The notes under the pieces were generated by a model, which worked only from the letters and a program-made list of their open reading frames with translations, did not search any database and had not been told where the DNA came from. Both the position numbers and the translations under genes were made by a program. A stretch of 64,000 nt of DNA from a virus: IMG/VR virus record IMGVR_UViG_3300032053_012801; one strand, written 5' to 3'. Shown here one piece after another: positions 32,942 to 43,900 of this stretch. The first letter of the stretch is position 1. Each line of letters opens with the position of its first letter.

Positions 32942-33288
32942 CTGTGCATTCCGCCTTTCATTACTGTTTCTGCACAGCCTGCAACTATCATTGTAAAATA
33001 GTCAAATGATTCAAATGTTCTTTCTTTAAGATCATCAAGTTTACTCAAGATCTTTGTTACTTGATGTTTCTCTAATAGCAACGGTATCTTCTTGGACTTC
33101 ATTCCGCAATGCACATGCATCTGTAACATGTCATTCATTGACTGAAATGATATATTTACTGTTTCATTTTCTACAATGAAGTCCAATTTATCCTCATCTT
33201 CTATGTCAAACTTCCGACCGCAATTGCCACACTTATTACAATCAATTGTGTCATACACACAACCATCACTTTTATCGTCTATCCACAT
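32938..33288 (-). CDS. hypothetical Cys-rich protein (start trimmed; the track ORF N-terminus reads through tRNA-Ser)
   Basis: The internal Met at 33288 (MWIDDKSDGCVYDTIDCNKCGNCGRKF...) avoids overlap with the tRNA at 33309-33393. Confidence 0.35.
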   Translation of the reverse strand: MWIDDKSDGCVYDTIDCNKCGNCGRKFDIEDEDKLDFIVENETVNISFQSMNDMLQMHVHCGMKSKKIPLLLEKHQVTKILSKLDDLKERTFESFDYFTMIVAGCAETVMKGGMHR

Positions 33289-33308
33289 CAGATCCTCAAA
33301 GACTAGAA

Positions 33309-33393
33309 TGGCGGAGAGTGCCGGATTCGAACCGACAAGACCTTTCGGTCGGCAGTTTAGCAAACTGCTGAGATACCATTACTCCAACTCTCC
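33309..33393 (-). tRNA. tRNA-Ser (anticodon GCT), type II, CCA encoded
   Basis: Reverse complement reads GGAGAGT-TG-GAGT..TCTC-A-GCAGT-TTGCTAA-ACTGC-(variable arm GACC-GAAA-GGTC)-GTCGG-TTCGAAT-CCGGC-ACTCTCC-G-CCA. Confidence 0.85.
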
Positions 33394-33615
33394 GTAACGT
33401 TTTTCTTGCATTGTTTTCTCACCAAAATACTTTCTCGGATTGCCGCACCCGCTACATGAACAAGTCTTTGTAGTATTTCTTCGCATCTGTTCTGCTCTTG
33501 CAACCCATTCAGGATGCTCTAACTTCGTAAGATACGTGTAAAAGTTAGTTACGCGTTTCTTACTCTTCTTGACCCCAACAAGAAAGCGATCTCTCTTGCT
33601 AACCGGATGCGACAT
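33379..33615 (-). CDS. hypothetical basic protein with CSCSGCGNP motif
   Basis: 78-aa ORF. Its start region overlaps the tRNA-Ser 5' end by ~15 nt, so the true start may be internal. Confidence 0.3.
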   Translation of the reverse strand: MSHPVSKRDRFLVGVKKSKKRVTNFYTYLTKLEHPEWVARAEQMRRNTTKTCSCSGCGNPRKYFGEKTMQEKRYGELE

Positions 33616-33689
33616 GATGACTCCTTTGTTAGCGCCACTAAGTGCGCATTGGTTTGGACGTCATCATATCTCCTTTCAGTTAAAAAAAA

Positions 33690-33766
33690 TGGCTGGCCCG
33701 GTAAGGTTTGAACTTACGACCTAGCGGTTAACAGCCGCTCGCTGCTGCCAGCTGAGCTACGGGCCA
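33690..33766 (-). tRNA. tRNA-Asn (anticodon GTT), CCA encoded; D-arm irregular
   Basis: Acceptor TGGCCCG/CGGGCCA. Anticodon stem AGCGG/CCGCT with loop CTGTTAA. T-arm GTAAG-TTCAAAC-CTTAC, then G-CCA. The D-loop is unusually long. Confidence 0.6.
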
Positions 33767-33771
33767 ACAAA

Positions 33772-35013
33772 TCATGCAACTAATGGCTGACGAGAAGGCA
33801 CTCGAACCCCTAAGCGGTTGCCCGCACAGCATGTCATATATCTATTCACGAGCCGTCTAACTTGTGTATGTGAGACATTCCATTTATTACTAAGATTTTC
33901 GACTGTGCCACGCTTTGTAAAATCACTTTGTAAAATGTCTTTAGTTTGTTGTGCAGTTCTAGCTTGTTGCTCTAGCTTTTTTATTTGTTGCTTTTCAATT
34001 TTTAATTGATCACGATTTATTTCAAACTCTGTCAATAGTTGTAACCGTCTAGCTTGTGCTTTAGTGAAAGTATCTAGTCTTAATTCAAAGTTTTGTGAAT
34101 TATTCAAAATGTCTTTAATTTCATCATAAATTACTTCATGATTATGATGCACATCTTTCCATCTTATCCTTAAAACTTTAATGTCATGATTTTTCAAATA
34201 TTCATCTTTTCGTTTATCTCGTTCTCGTATTACATCATATTTTACATGTTGTTCACCATCAATCTCAATTACAAGTTTATGTTTTGGAAAATAAAAATCT
34301 GCTCTATAAATAGAAAATGGAAATTCTGTAAAAAAATCAACATTTTCTTTCAATCCTAACTTAACTAAAAATTCGTGAAATTTACTTTCAGCATATGATG
34401 GCTTCTTTCTTGTCCAACTATAAGCAATTCCATTTTGTCTAGCTTTTAATATTGATTGTCTAATCTTATCTTTTGTTGCTTTAGAAAGCTTAAATGTCTC
34501 TGGATGATTTTTATATCTAGCTTTAATAGAATCAGACAAAGATCGTCTTTTATGACTTAATGAAAAACTAATGACCCTTTTGTCATATCCTTTCGCTCTT
34601 ATATCCCTTGGTGATAAGCCTAGATTATATAACTTGATTATACTTTCACGAACTTCTTCACTTACACAAGTATGTTTATAAAGATTTACAACACTAATTG
34701 TTCTTTTACATTTTTCACACATCACTTTCTTAGCAAAATTACTATTGATATTATGATATTTTTTTCTATTAGGGTTTGTATGGGCAATTTTATTTGTCTC
34801 GCTATCACTTCGTAATATGTCTTTGACAACTGCATGAATTTCATTTCTTGTGAAACAATATTTTTTCTTGATATCTGAAATTAACAACTTATTTTTATAA
34901 TCTGATCTAATGAGTTCACATTCTTTTGGATGCTTAACATAAAGACAACTATTACGATGAATAGCATGCGCTCCTGCATTTTTGAATGATTTACCGCATT
35001 TACATATGTTCAT
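33772..35013 (-). CDS. DUF559/Vsr-like endonuclease-domain protein with zinc fingers and coiled-coil tail (homing-endonuclease-like)
   Basis: ...KLVIEIDGEQHVKYDVIRERDKRKDEYLKNHDIKVLRIRWKD... The C-terminal ~25 codons (..NRLGVRVPSRQPLVA) are GC-rich and look like translation of a tRNA-derived remnant. Confidence 0.5.
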   Translation of the reverse strand: MNICKCGKSFKNAGAHAIHRNSCLYVKHPKECELIRSDYKNKLLISDIKKKYCFTRNEIHAVVKDILRSDSETNKIAHTNPNRKKYHNINSNFAKKVMCEKCKRTISVVNLYKHTCVSEEVRESIIKLYNLGLSPRDIRAKGYDKRVISFSLSHKRRSLSDSIKARYKNHPETFKLSKATKDKIRQSILKARQNGIAYSWTRKKPSYAESKFHEFLVKLGLKENVDFFTEFPFSIYRADFYFPKHKLVIEIDGEQHVKYDVIRERDKRKDEYLKNHDIKVLRIRWKDVHHNHEVIYDEIKDILNNSQNFELRLDTFTKAQARRLQLLTEFEINRDQLKIEKQQIKKLEQQARTAQQTKDILQSDFTKRGTVENLSNKWNVSHTQVRRLVNRYMTCCAGNRLGVRVPSRQPLVA

Positions 35014-35084
35014 AATATACTCCTTGTTAGTACATTACGAACTATCAATACAAGATAAAGTCTAGAACTTGACCGCATGAAGAA

Positions 35085-35156
35085 TGGAGACTGACAGTAT
35101 CGAGCTGTCCTCTAGTGGGCTTCAACCACTCGCTAATCCATCTCAGCTAAGTCTCC
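35085..35156 (-). tRNA. tRNA-Phe (anticodon GAA), atypical T-loop
   Basis: Reverse complement reads GGAGACT-TA-GCT-GAGATGGATT-AGC-G-AGTGG-TTGAAGC-CCACT-AGAG-GACAG-CTCGATA-CTGTC-AGTCTCC-A. Confidence 0.55.
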
Positions 35157-35237
35157 GTTCATCCCAATAAAAAAAGTTTCAAACCTGCGCTGGACCGCTT
35201 CAGCTAAAGCAGCATACTTCATAAGTTTCGTCCCAAT

Positions 35238-35276
35238 AAAAAAGCTCCATTGACTTTCGCCAGTGGAGCTTTTTTA
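35238..35276. terminator. rho-independent terminator hairpin (bidirectional)
   Basis: aaaaaa-AGCTCCA-ttgactttcgcc-TGGAGCT-ttttt. It separates the minus-strand block from the plus-strand operon. Confidence 0.55.
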
Positions 35277-35385
35277 GTAGAAGATTTTGAGTTATCTATC
35301 TACACGAACTCCACCAGTTTGCTGTTGCTATTAAAGCAACAACTGTACGTGTTATTATTAAACGTACTGGTGGTAATTCGCATCT

Positions 35386-35420
35386 TCGTTCCTTTAGTGA
35401 AAATCGTTCTTGTGTATAAT
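35386..35420 (+). promoter_or_regulatory. candidate sigma70-like promoter (-10 TATAAT with upstream TGTG) for the plus-strand operon
   Basis: tttagtgaaaatcgttcttgTGTGTATAATat lies ~190 nt upstream of the ATG at 35614. An AAAGGA RBS precedes the ATG. Confidence 0.3.
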
Positions 35421-35613
35421 ATAATCAAATTATCAAAAGATGTACAATTATTTCCCAAGAACATTAATCACGCCTATAATCGTAGAAAAACCACATGTAA
35501 TTGATCATTGTTTTATTCTATCACTCTAAATATGAAGCCCTTCGCAATTTACTGTCAAATTTGAATCTGATCTAAACAATCATAGTAATCAACATTATTG
35601 AAAGGACAAATGT

Positions 35614-36294
35614 ATGGCAACTCCTGTTATTACTGGTCAAAGAGTTAGTCCGATTGTTTCAGGAAAAAACAAGACATTAGTAGTTCATTTGGTAGATCTA
35701 TTCACTGATGATCCTGATTTTCCTGATGGTAGTGGAAAAGATTGGGTGATTGAAGGTCAAGCTGGAGCTCATTATGCAGTGAATCAAGATTCAGGTATAG
35801 TAGAAGAATTTGACGTCATTCCTACAACTAGTTATGTTGGTTCATTATCCGTCGCTGTTAGAATTAGTAATGACGGTGGTTCAACATGGAGTGATTGGTT
35901 TGGTCTTAGTGTATCAGTTGTTGAGATGCCTGTTATTTCAAATCAGACTAGTTTTCCTAAGTTGTACATTGGTTCATATCTTACCATAGCTCTTAACAAT
36001 TTGATTGTTACTACTAGTAAGATATATCCTCAACAATTCACACTATTAGCTTCTACTGGTATAGGATACTCGATAATTTCATCAACCAGTACATCAGTGA
36101 AGATTTTAATTGAAGGTAGTTTGTCAACTACTTCACGATCAATACCTGTACGAGTGAATGATGGATCAATTTGGAGTGATGCTTACAATTATATCGTTAA
36201 TGTTGTTGCAAAACCTGCAACTGGCAGACCTGCAGCAATGGGAGTTAGTATAACTGCACCGTCACCGTTTGAGCAGCCTTTTAGAAGAGTGTAA
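35614..36294 (+). CDS. Ser/Thr-rich protein, first gene of the plus-strand operon (candidate glycosylation substrate or surface protein)
   Basis: 226 aa, about 30% Ser/Thr, with repeated S/T-x-S/T runs (ISSTSTSVKILIEGSLSTTSRS). No enzymatic motif. Confidence 0.45.
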   Translation: MATPVITGQRVSPIVSGKNKTLVVHLVDLFTDDPDFPDGSGKDWVIEGQAGAHYAVNQDSGIVEEFDVIPTTSYVGSLSVAVRISNDGGSTWSDWFGLSVSVVEMPVISNQTSFPKLYIGSYLTIALNNLIVTTSKIYPQQFTLLASTGIGYSIISSTSTSVKILIEGSLSTTSRSIPVRVNDGSIWSDAYNYIVNVVAKPATGRPAAMGVSITAPSPFEQPFRRV

Positions 36295-36361
36295 CTAATT
36301 CATAAATTTGAAAAAGCTGATGACATAGAATATGTTATCAGCTTTTTTTTTGATCTCTTAG

Positions 36362-37414
36362 ATGAAAATTATGATACCGAAAAAAGTACTAATTGGTAAT
36401 GATCCTTGGAGTACTGATTTACTAGATTTCATTAAATCTGGTCCTCATTATTTGACCGCGCAGCAATGGCAAGAAAATATTGACATACCTTTAGAATCTA
36501 CTTTCTATTACAAATGGTTAATGTCAATGTTTATAGCTGACAATGTTGTGTGGGGCGGAATATTGAAAAATGAAGATGACATTGTGAAGCAATGTGCTAG
36601 ATATAGAGCTATGTATTTGATAGCTCCTAAGTGGCAAGAGGAATATAGCATATTGCAAACTGATACGAATTCTGCGCACTATTATGGATATAGACCTGTG
36701 AAAGTTCGCTGTAATGGCGCCATTGACATTTGGGATGGCATGCATAGAATAAGCTTATTGACTTTCAAGCGGTTGCCTATAGAAGTTACAATATGTGAGC
36801 GATTACCGGGATGGGCTGAACTATACAAAGAAATTGAAGATTTGTATCCTAACAAAATGCTATATCAGCCGATACCGCATCCTGACTTTAGTGACTGGGC
36901 CACAGCAATTGACGGTAACAAAGAGCAAATTATCTGCGACTTCTTCAAACAAAACAAGATTGACAGCGTATTAGATTTGGGTACTTGTCACGGTTTCACT
37001 CTTTACAAACTAAAAGATCTGATTAAGCATGGTATAGGCATTGAATCTGACAAAATTAGATTTCAAATAGCAAGTATACTGCTAAACAAAATAGGGTTTT
37101 CTTGTCATAATACAAATGCAATAGACTACATTGAGACTAGTGAAAGTGCAGATTGCACATTGTGTCTAGCAATACTGCATCATATATCGAGATTATGTCC
37201 TATAGAAGTGTTTGAAAAATTCTTGCAAACAGTAGCACAAAAGACTAAGTTTATAATCTATACATTACCAAATCCGAATGAAGATCAGTTCTCATGGATG
37301 TATGAATCTAAAAGAGACAATTTTGACGAGTACATATTGCAATTGACAGGCTTCAAAACTAGAGAAGTAATAGTTAGTTCTAGAGAAATTAGAATATTAG
37401 AAAAGAACCTATAA
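36362..37414 (+). CDS. ParB/Srx-like N-terminal domain fused to class I SAM-dependent methyltransferase
   Basis: IWDGMHRISLL (ParB-like DGxHR) in the N-terminal half. VLDLGTCHGFTL (MTase motif I) in the C-terminal half. Confidence 0.45.
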   Translation: MKIMIPKKVLIGNDPWSTDLLDFIKSGPHYLTAQQWQENIDIPLESTFYYKWLMSMFIADNVVWGGILKNEDDIVKQCARYRAMYLIAPKWQEEYSILQTDTNSAHYYGYRPVKVRCNGAIDIWDGMHRISLLTFKRLPIEVTICERLPGWAELYKEIEDLYPNKMLYQPIPHPDFSDWATAIDGNKEQIICDFFKQNKIDSVLDLGTCHGFTLYKLKDLIKHGIGIESDKIRFQIASILLNKIGFSCHNTNAIDYIETSESADCTLCLAILHHISRLCPIEVFEKFLQTVAQKTKFIIYTLPNPNEDQFSWMYESKRDNFDEYILQLTGFKTREVIVSSREIRILEKNL

Positions 37415-38226
37415 TGTACGGCGTAACATACGATCAAGAAAATAGCACATTAAGTCTTGACAAACATGATTGTGGTTTGTTATCTAATGCTAGCGTGACA
37501 TTTAAGAGTCTACTATCGATACACAAAAATGCGTCAAGACTTGTGAAAATATTATGGCCATATACGTCAGCTTGGAACAAGCCTGACAGATTGAGTCGAA
37601 ATGTTTATGATCTATATTTTACGACAGTTAACAGTGATATTAAGACAGGACAAGACATTTATTTTAATGCAATGATTGGTGATTGTAATAAGTTTGATTT
37701 TAGTGTACTAAAACCAATTAGAGATACATATTTCAATTTGTCTAGTGAAGTAATAGTTAAACAAGAATCATTTATTCAAAAGTACAGTATAGATTTTGAT
37801 CACACTATTGCAATTCTTTATAGAGGTACTGATAAAATTCTTGAAGTGCCAAGAGTGCATCCAAAGTATTATTTGAAACCAATCAGTCCGATTAAGGACA
37901 TTTCAAATTATAGGGTACTTATACAGACAGATCAACAACAGGCATTAGACTATTTCAAACACGAGTTACCTAATTCGTTTCACATTGAAGAAATGCCGTT
38001 GACAAAAACAGATCAAGTGATGCATAATTTACAACGTGATACAAAAATGAGTAATTACGATTTGGGTGTCAATTATTTGGCTGCGATTGCTATTTTGAGT
38101 AAGTGTAAGTATGTAGTTTATGATACTAACAATGCAGGCTTATGGATATGTATTTTACGAGGTGACATTAATAACACGTGTCAAATACATGCAAGCGTTA
38201 ACACAATGAATAGATTTGAGTACTAA
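37414..38226 (+). CDS. hypothetical protein (operon member, translationally coupled)
   Basis: 270-aa ORF with ATGA start/stop overlap with the upstream gene. Confidence 0.4.
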   Translation: MYGVTYDQENSTLSLDKHDCGLLSNASVTFKSLLSIHKNASRLVKILWPYTSAWNKPDRLSRNVYDLYFTTVNSDIKTGQDIYFNAMIGDCNKFDFSVLKPIRDTYFNLSSEVIVKQESFIQKYSIDFDHTIAILYRGTDKILEVPRVHPKYYLKPISPIKDISNYRVLIQTDQQQALDYFKHELPNSFHIEEMPLTKTDQVMHNLQRDTKMSNYDLGVNYLAAIAILSKCKYVVYDTNNAGLWICILRGDINNTCQIHASVNTMNRFEY

Positions 38227-38928
38227 ATGTGTAAAGAGCTGTACTTAGATTTGCTGAAGCGATCGTTGCTTGACATAATATATGAAGAAGAGACGACTCA
38301 TACAACTAATGGTACGTATTGGCCTAAGCGAGCGTTCACTATGATAGGCCGTAAACGACTTGACAATATACAACATTGTGTCGAAAGTGTTATAGCAAAT
38401 GATGTGCAAGGTGATCTAATTGAAACCGGTGTGTGGCGTGGTGGTGCTGTAATTTTTATGCAAGGTATTTTGAAAGCATACAATATTACAGATCGAAAAG
38501 TGTTTGTAGCTGATTCTTTTCAAGGTTTGCCTGCGCCTAATACAGAAAAGTATCCAATTGACAAGAATAGTACTATGCATACCATTGACTATTTAAGAGT
38601 TGATGTTGATCAAGTAAAGCATAATTTTGAAAAGTATGCATTACTAGACACTAATGTAGTATTTCTAAAGGGTTGGTTCAAAGATACTCTTACAAATAGT
38701 ATGATAGATAAAATTGCTGTATTGAGATTAGATGGTGACTTATATGAGTCAACTTGGGATTCATTAACTGCGTTATATCATAAAGTCCAGAAAAATGGGT
38801 TCGTTATTATTGATGATTATAACTGGGTAAATTGCAGAACAGCTGTTGAAGATTTTAGAAAACTACATAATATTCACGATCCGATCGTCATTATTGACGC
38901 TTGGGGAGCATACTGGAAAAAATCATGA
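38227..38928 (+). CDS. TylF/MycF-family (macrocin-O-methyltransferase-like) sugar O-methyltransferase
   Basis: LIETGVWRGGAVIFM...LRLDGDLYEST is the diagnostic TylF/MycF pattern. Confidence 0.6.
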   Translation: MCKELYLDLLKRSLLDIIYEEETTHTTNGTYWPKRAFTMIGRKRLDNIQHCVESVIANDVQGDLIETGVWRGGAVIFMQGILKAYNITDRKVFVADSFQGLPAPNTEKYPIDKNSTMHTIDYLRVDVDQVKHNFEKYALLDTNVVFLKGWFKDTLTNSMIDKIAVLRLDGDLYESTWDSLTALYHKVQKNGFVIIDDYNWVNCRTAVEDFRKLHNIHDPIVIIDAWGAYWKKS

Positions 38929-39503
38929 ATAGAACAGACATCATCAATTTCTACACAAGCAAAAAACAAAATTGTCGTTATCTTGAAATAGGCATTGGAA
39001 ATGCATCTGCCAATTTCAACAAAATTAGTGCTGCAGTAAAAGATGCAGTTGATCCTGTAAATCCCTGTAATCATCTTATGAGTTCTGATGCATTTTTCTC
39101 AAGTAATACTAGTCAATACGATATCATTTTTATAGACGGCGATCACAAAGCAGCTCAAGTGATCAAAGACATTTCAAATTCACTAAAATGTTTGAGTACT
39201 GACGGAATTATACTTTTACATGATTGTAATCCTGAATTAGAAGTTCATCAAACAGAGAACATTACTGTGTCTCATTGGAACGGATCAGTTTGGAAAGCAA
39301 TATTGTTTTATAGAATGTTTGATCCTAATTTGTCAATCTGTACTATTGATGTAGATGAAGGCATTGGAATTATAAAGCCAGGACAGCAAGAATTATTTGA
39401 ATGTGCTGAAACAATGTTTGATTTTGCTTTTCTTTGTAAGTATAGAAAGCAAATACTCAATTTACTAACTGTGCAAGAGTGGCAATTGATGGAGCAACGA
39501 TGA
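38901..39503 (+). CDS. class I SAM-dependent methyltransferase (CmcI/O-MTase-like)
   Basis: YLEIGIGNASANF (motif I) and IIFIDGDHK (motif II-like). Confidence 0.5.
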   Translation: MGSILEKIMNRTDIINFYTSKKQNCRYLEIGIGNASANFNKISAAVKDAVDPVNPCNHLMSSDAFFSSNTSQYDIIFIDGDHKAAQVIKDISNSLKCLSTDGIILLHDCNPELEVHQTENITVSHWNGSVWKAILFYRMFDPNLSICTIDVDEGIGIIKPGQQELFECAETMFDFAFLCKYRKQILNLLTVQEWQLMEQR

Positions 39504-40438
39504 TCTATACTATGTCTTATTGGCATTGGTATAAGTACTGTAGTATTGAAGTCAAAAATATTACAGCAGATGTTGAACCAAGTAAAGATGATTGGTTTGT
39601 AGTATTTCAACCTTATGATGCTGCTCGCAGAGAACTAGTATCAGCAGTCATTGACAGATTTGACTATTCAAAACGAGTATTGATTCATTACGAGGGTCGT
39701 TATCGTCAGCCTCATGGATTTAGACTAAGATATCAGCAAAAGTTTGGAAGAATCTATACTTATAATTCGACTGATGTTGATGGTGACACTGTTAAATATA
39801 TGCCGATACCGATGTGGATTACTGAAGATGAATGTTGTCCAGTCAATAACCGATCAAAATTCATTGGTACTGTTATAACCAACTATTTTCGTGATGGTGA
39901 GCCAAGAAACACTATAATTCGCAAGTTCAAAGATTTGGGTATGGATGTTTATGGAAGTTCAGATAAACCAGTACCATTAGAAATTAAGAAAGATTCTAGT
40001 GATGCTTGCGACAAAAACTTACCGCGATATTCTGCTAAAGTGAAACTGCTATCAGACTATACGTTTGCTTTTGCTATAGAAAGTCAATTAGATTTGGGTC
40101 ACTTGACTGAAAAACCGTTCGATTTGATAGCAGCTGGTTGTATACCTGTTTATTTAGGGCCAAAAGATGCGTCAACATTTATTCCTAAAGAGTGCTACGT
40201 TGATTACAGAGATTTCTGGTCTGAAGCTGATCTAATGAAATATCTTAAAAGCATGTCGCGACAAAAAATTCAAGAGTATCAGCAATCAATTGCAAAACAT
40301 CAAAAAGTCTTAGTTGGTATGAGAACTTTTGAGTCATGCATGAGATTTCTATGTAAAGACTTAGGATTTGACTGTCAGTCACATTATCACGATCAATTAT
40401 TAGAACTGTCAAATATACTTGCAACAAGGACAAAATAA
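39479..40438 (+). CDS. GT10-like glycosyltransferase (alpha-1,3-fucosyltransferase-like)
   Basis: FAFAIESQLDLGHLTEKPFDLIAAGCIPVYLGP resembles the GT10 AFENS...TEK...G.VPVV motif block. Confidence 0.45.
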   Translation: MAIDGATMIYTMSYWHWYKYCSIEVKNITADVEPSKDDWFVVFQPYDAARRELVSAVIDRFDYSKRVLIHYEGRYRQPHGFRLRYQQKFGRIYTYNSTDVDGDTVKYMPIPMWITEDECCPVNNRSKFIGTVITNYFRDGEPRNTIIRKFKDLGMDVYGSSDKPVPLEIKKDSSDACDKNLPRYSAKVKLLSDYTFAFAIESQLDLGHLTEKPFDLIAAGCIPVYLGPKDASTFIPKECYVDYRDFWSEADLMKYLKSMSRQKIQEYQQSIAKHQKVLVGMRTFESCMRFLCKDLGFDCQSHYHDQLLELSNILATRTK

Positions 40439-40968
40439 TGAAGTTACATTTAGGTTGCGGCAAACGATATATCCCTGGCTATACGCACATTGATGTTATA
40501 GAATACCCTCATATTGATATAGTGAATAGTGTTGATCGTCTACCAATGATTGAAGATGAATCATGTGATGTAGTTTATAGTTGTCATGTATTAGAGCACT
40601 TTCACAAAAAAGTCATTATAGATGTTCTTCATGAATGGTTAAGAGTGCTAAAAGTAAATGGTACATTGAGAATATCTGTGCCAGATATGCAAAGTCTACT
40701 TAAAGTATATGAGAAAACAGATGATATTTCATTAATACTAGGCCCTATATTTGGTAGGTGCAATTACTTGTACAATTTTCACTATACAGGATTTGACTTT
40801 AAGTCTTTGAAACATGTACTTGAATTAGCAGGTGCAAAAGATATTAGACGTTATGATTGGAGACTAACAGAGCATGCAGATGTTGATGACTACAGTCAAG
40901 CATATATTCCACAAGATAAAATAAATGGAACTCTTATTAGCTTAAATGTAGAAGCGACAAAAGTATGA
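40438..40968 (+). CDS. class I SAM-dependent methyltransferase (Methyltransf_11-like)
   Basis: HLGCGKRYIPGYTHID...SCHVLEHF. Confidence 0.5.
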   Translation: MKLHLGCGKRYIPGYTHIDVIEYPHIDIVNSVDRLPMIEDESCDVVYSCHVLEHFHKKVIIDVLHEWLRVLKVNGTLRISVPDMQSLLKVYEKTDDISLILGPIFGRCNYLYNFHYTGFDFKSLKHVLELAGAKDIRRYDWRLTEHADVDDYSQAYIPQDKINGTLISLNVEATKV

Positions 40969-43900
40969 GCGTGTTTTTATCTGACTTAACAGTTTTTGTC
41001 ATAAGTAGCGGTCATAATCCTTGCTATGACGCATGCTTGCAGTCATTAAACTCTCAAACAGTTTCATTCAAAGTCGAGATTATCAAAAACGTTCATCCAA
41101 TGTCAAGAGCTTTTCAGTGCATGATAGATTCTTGCAAGACTCGATACTATATTGAAATTGATGAAGATATGGTCATGAATGCAAACGGTATTGAAACCTT
41201 ACACAAGTATGCTGTTGAATCTGCACCAATGACAGCTATGATTGCTTGTAAGTTGATTGATGTACATTTGAATTTTGAAATTTATGGTGTCAAGATTTAC
41301 AAGCACGACATACTTAAGAGATATCCATACGACTTGTCCTCAATGTCGTGCGAAGTTGAACAAATGGATAGAATGAAAAATGACAAATATGAAATTACAT
41401 TAATGACTAATGTAGTTGGCCAGCATGCACCATATTGGTCTAATGAAGGAATATTTGATAGATATCGTAATTTACTTGACAAATTCAAACAGTTCAAATA
41501 TATCTGGATGAGTGACCTACCTGTAAAGTTATGGTCAATGTTGAAAGCTGAACCAACTGAACAGAATTTATATGCTTTACTTGGTGCATATACAAGTCTG
41601 ATTACAGACGCTGTTCAAGTTGGTGAGAAAGACTTTAGAAACAGAAATACATCGTTTGAAACAATGAGAAGTTTTATGAATCCACCTGTTAGTGCAAACC
41701 TGTATCTAACATCAAAATGTAATTTCAACTGCAGATTTTGCTATCGTAATTCGCAATCAATTGAACAGTCGATTGACATGACACTAAAAAATGTCAGTGA
41801 TCTGTTAATCAAACATCCATCAATTAGAGGCGTTTGTTGTGCTGGCTACGGAGAACCTTTTTTATGTGATAGTCTTTTTGACATCATATCATTTCTAAAA
41901 TCAAGAAACAAAGTTGTTGGACTAATAACAAACGGATCACTAATAGTTGAAAAAATCAATAGCCTATTAGCAAACAGACCAGACTATATATCTATAAGCT
42001 TAAACGCGTCAAATGCAAAGATGCATAATGAAATAAACAAATCATTGATATTTAATACTGTCTTACAAGGAATAGGACTCTGCGTAAGTAATGGTTTACC
42101 CACGTATTGTTCCTACGTATGCACAAAAAGTAATCTACGATATATTCCTGAATTTTTGACGTTAGTGAACTCTTTAGGTGTAAAGACTGTGCACTTATTA
42201 AATCTGTTACCGCACTTAGCAAGCGATTATAATGACGAGTCGTTTTGGCAAGAAGTGTTAACATATGATGACAAGCATAAAATTGATGCATTACAAGATC
42301 TGCCCGAAGCTAATTTGATTAAGGTATTTCCGACATTAATAAACCGTAATGAAGTTCGTTGCAATTGTCAAATACCTTGGACTACAATAGGAATAAACGG
42401 CAATGGTAGTGTAACATTTTGCGGATCAGTTTATGCACCAAATAGAGCTAATGGATCACTTAAGAATTTTGAAAATGTTTGGTTAAATGATAGTGCTAGA
42501 AAACTAAGAGACAGTTTATGTGACGTTAATAAGATGACAGACACATGCAAAATGTGTTTCAGAAATTGGGATGAATATAAGCCACTAACAAAACAAATAG
42601 TAACACAGTCTAAACCAGTTCCTAAAAAGCTTAGAATTTGCAAAATAATTGACCAATTTGGTTGGGCATACTATTTTGTAGCAAAAGAACAACAACTGTA
42701 TTCTTCGCATGATATCACATACAAACGATTAATCGATGTCACTGACATAGATGCAGACATAGTGTACATTCATGCACCAAATATTGATCATGCTAAAATC
42801 AACAGTCTAGTTTCAGTATTAAAACAAAAAGGCATCAAAGTTATTGGTGGTTATGGTGGAGAATCAAAACTAAAATATGACACTGACCCAGATCTTATAG
42901 TGTCAATATCTATGAGACATCTGGACTGTTTGAACAACATGTATCCTAATAAGTCTGTAGCGTTTCTACCAGAATCAATTGATACCAACTTCTTTACTGC
43001 AGCCGTGAAAGATGACAATAACTTTATAGTTGGTTGGGCCGGTTGTTTGCGTGATGTAAAGCGACCACATTTACTAAATAAACTAAAATTCAATGTTATT
43101 AAGAAAAGTGACTGGGGCAAGCAGTTTTTCTCTGATGGTAGATCATTAAATGACATGAAGTTATTTTATCACTCAATTGATGTACTAGTATTGACAAGTA
43201 TTAGCGAGTGTATGCCAAGAGTAGTATTAGAGGCCATGTCTTGTGGATTGCCTGTAGTTTCAACAAGGGTTGGTTGTATAGGAATGTTGTTAGATAAAGA
43301 ATGGATCGTAAGTACATTGCCTGAAGAAAATGTTATTTCAGAAATGAACAATCGATTGTCATTACTTAGTAATAGTAAGTCACTGCGACAAGAAGTAGGT
43401 AAGAGAAATAGACAGTATATTTTGAAGTTTTTTAGTTGGGCCGCTAATCAAAGTTTATGGGATAAAGCGTTTGAATTAATTATGCAAAACAAATTCAAAG
43501 ACATAAAAAATCTTGGCGATGAATTCATACAGTCATTACCAAATTCAAATGAATTAACATTCGACAACTTAGAAGTACAAACTGAGCAAACTACTTTTTC
43601 AGAATTAATTCAATGTGAACTAGCAAAACCAGTAACTAAACCGCAAATACAAATTGAACATGAACCGTTGAAATTGCAACCCATATCTAACATAGCAAAA
43701 ATCGAATGTGTTCCTGACATAGCAAAAGTTGAATGTGCTGATGACATAGCAAAAGTCGAATGCGCTCCTGTGATATCTAGATTAGTAAAACCATTATTCA
43801 TATCTTACTACACAAAAAATACAGGCTATGAAAACGAATATAAGAAGTTGGAAGCTTCATTAAGGCGATTCAATTTAGATTATGAAATTGTCGGTATTAA

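Noticed and set aside
33775-33850. tRNA gene at the 3' end of the 33772..35013 endonuclease ORF
   Set aside because: It contains GGGGTTCGAGTGCC and ...TCAGCCA, reminiscent of a T-loop and 3' end. However, no 5-bp T-stem, acceptor pairing or anticodon arm can be built. I treat it as a tRNA-derived remnant, not a gene.
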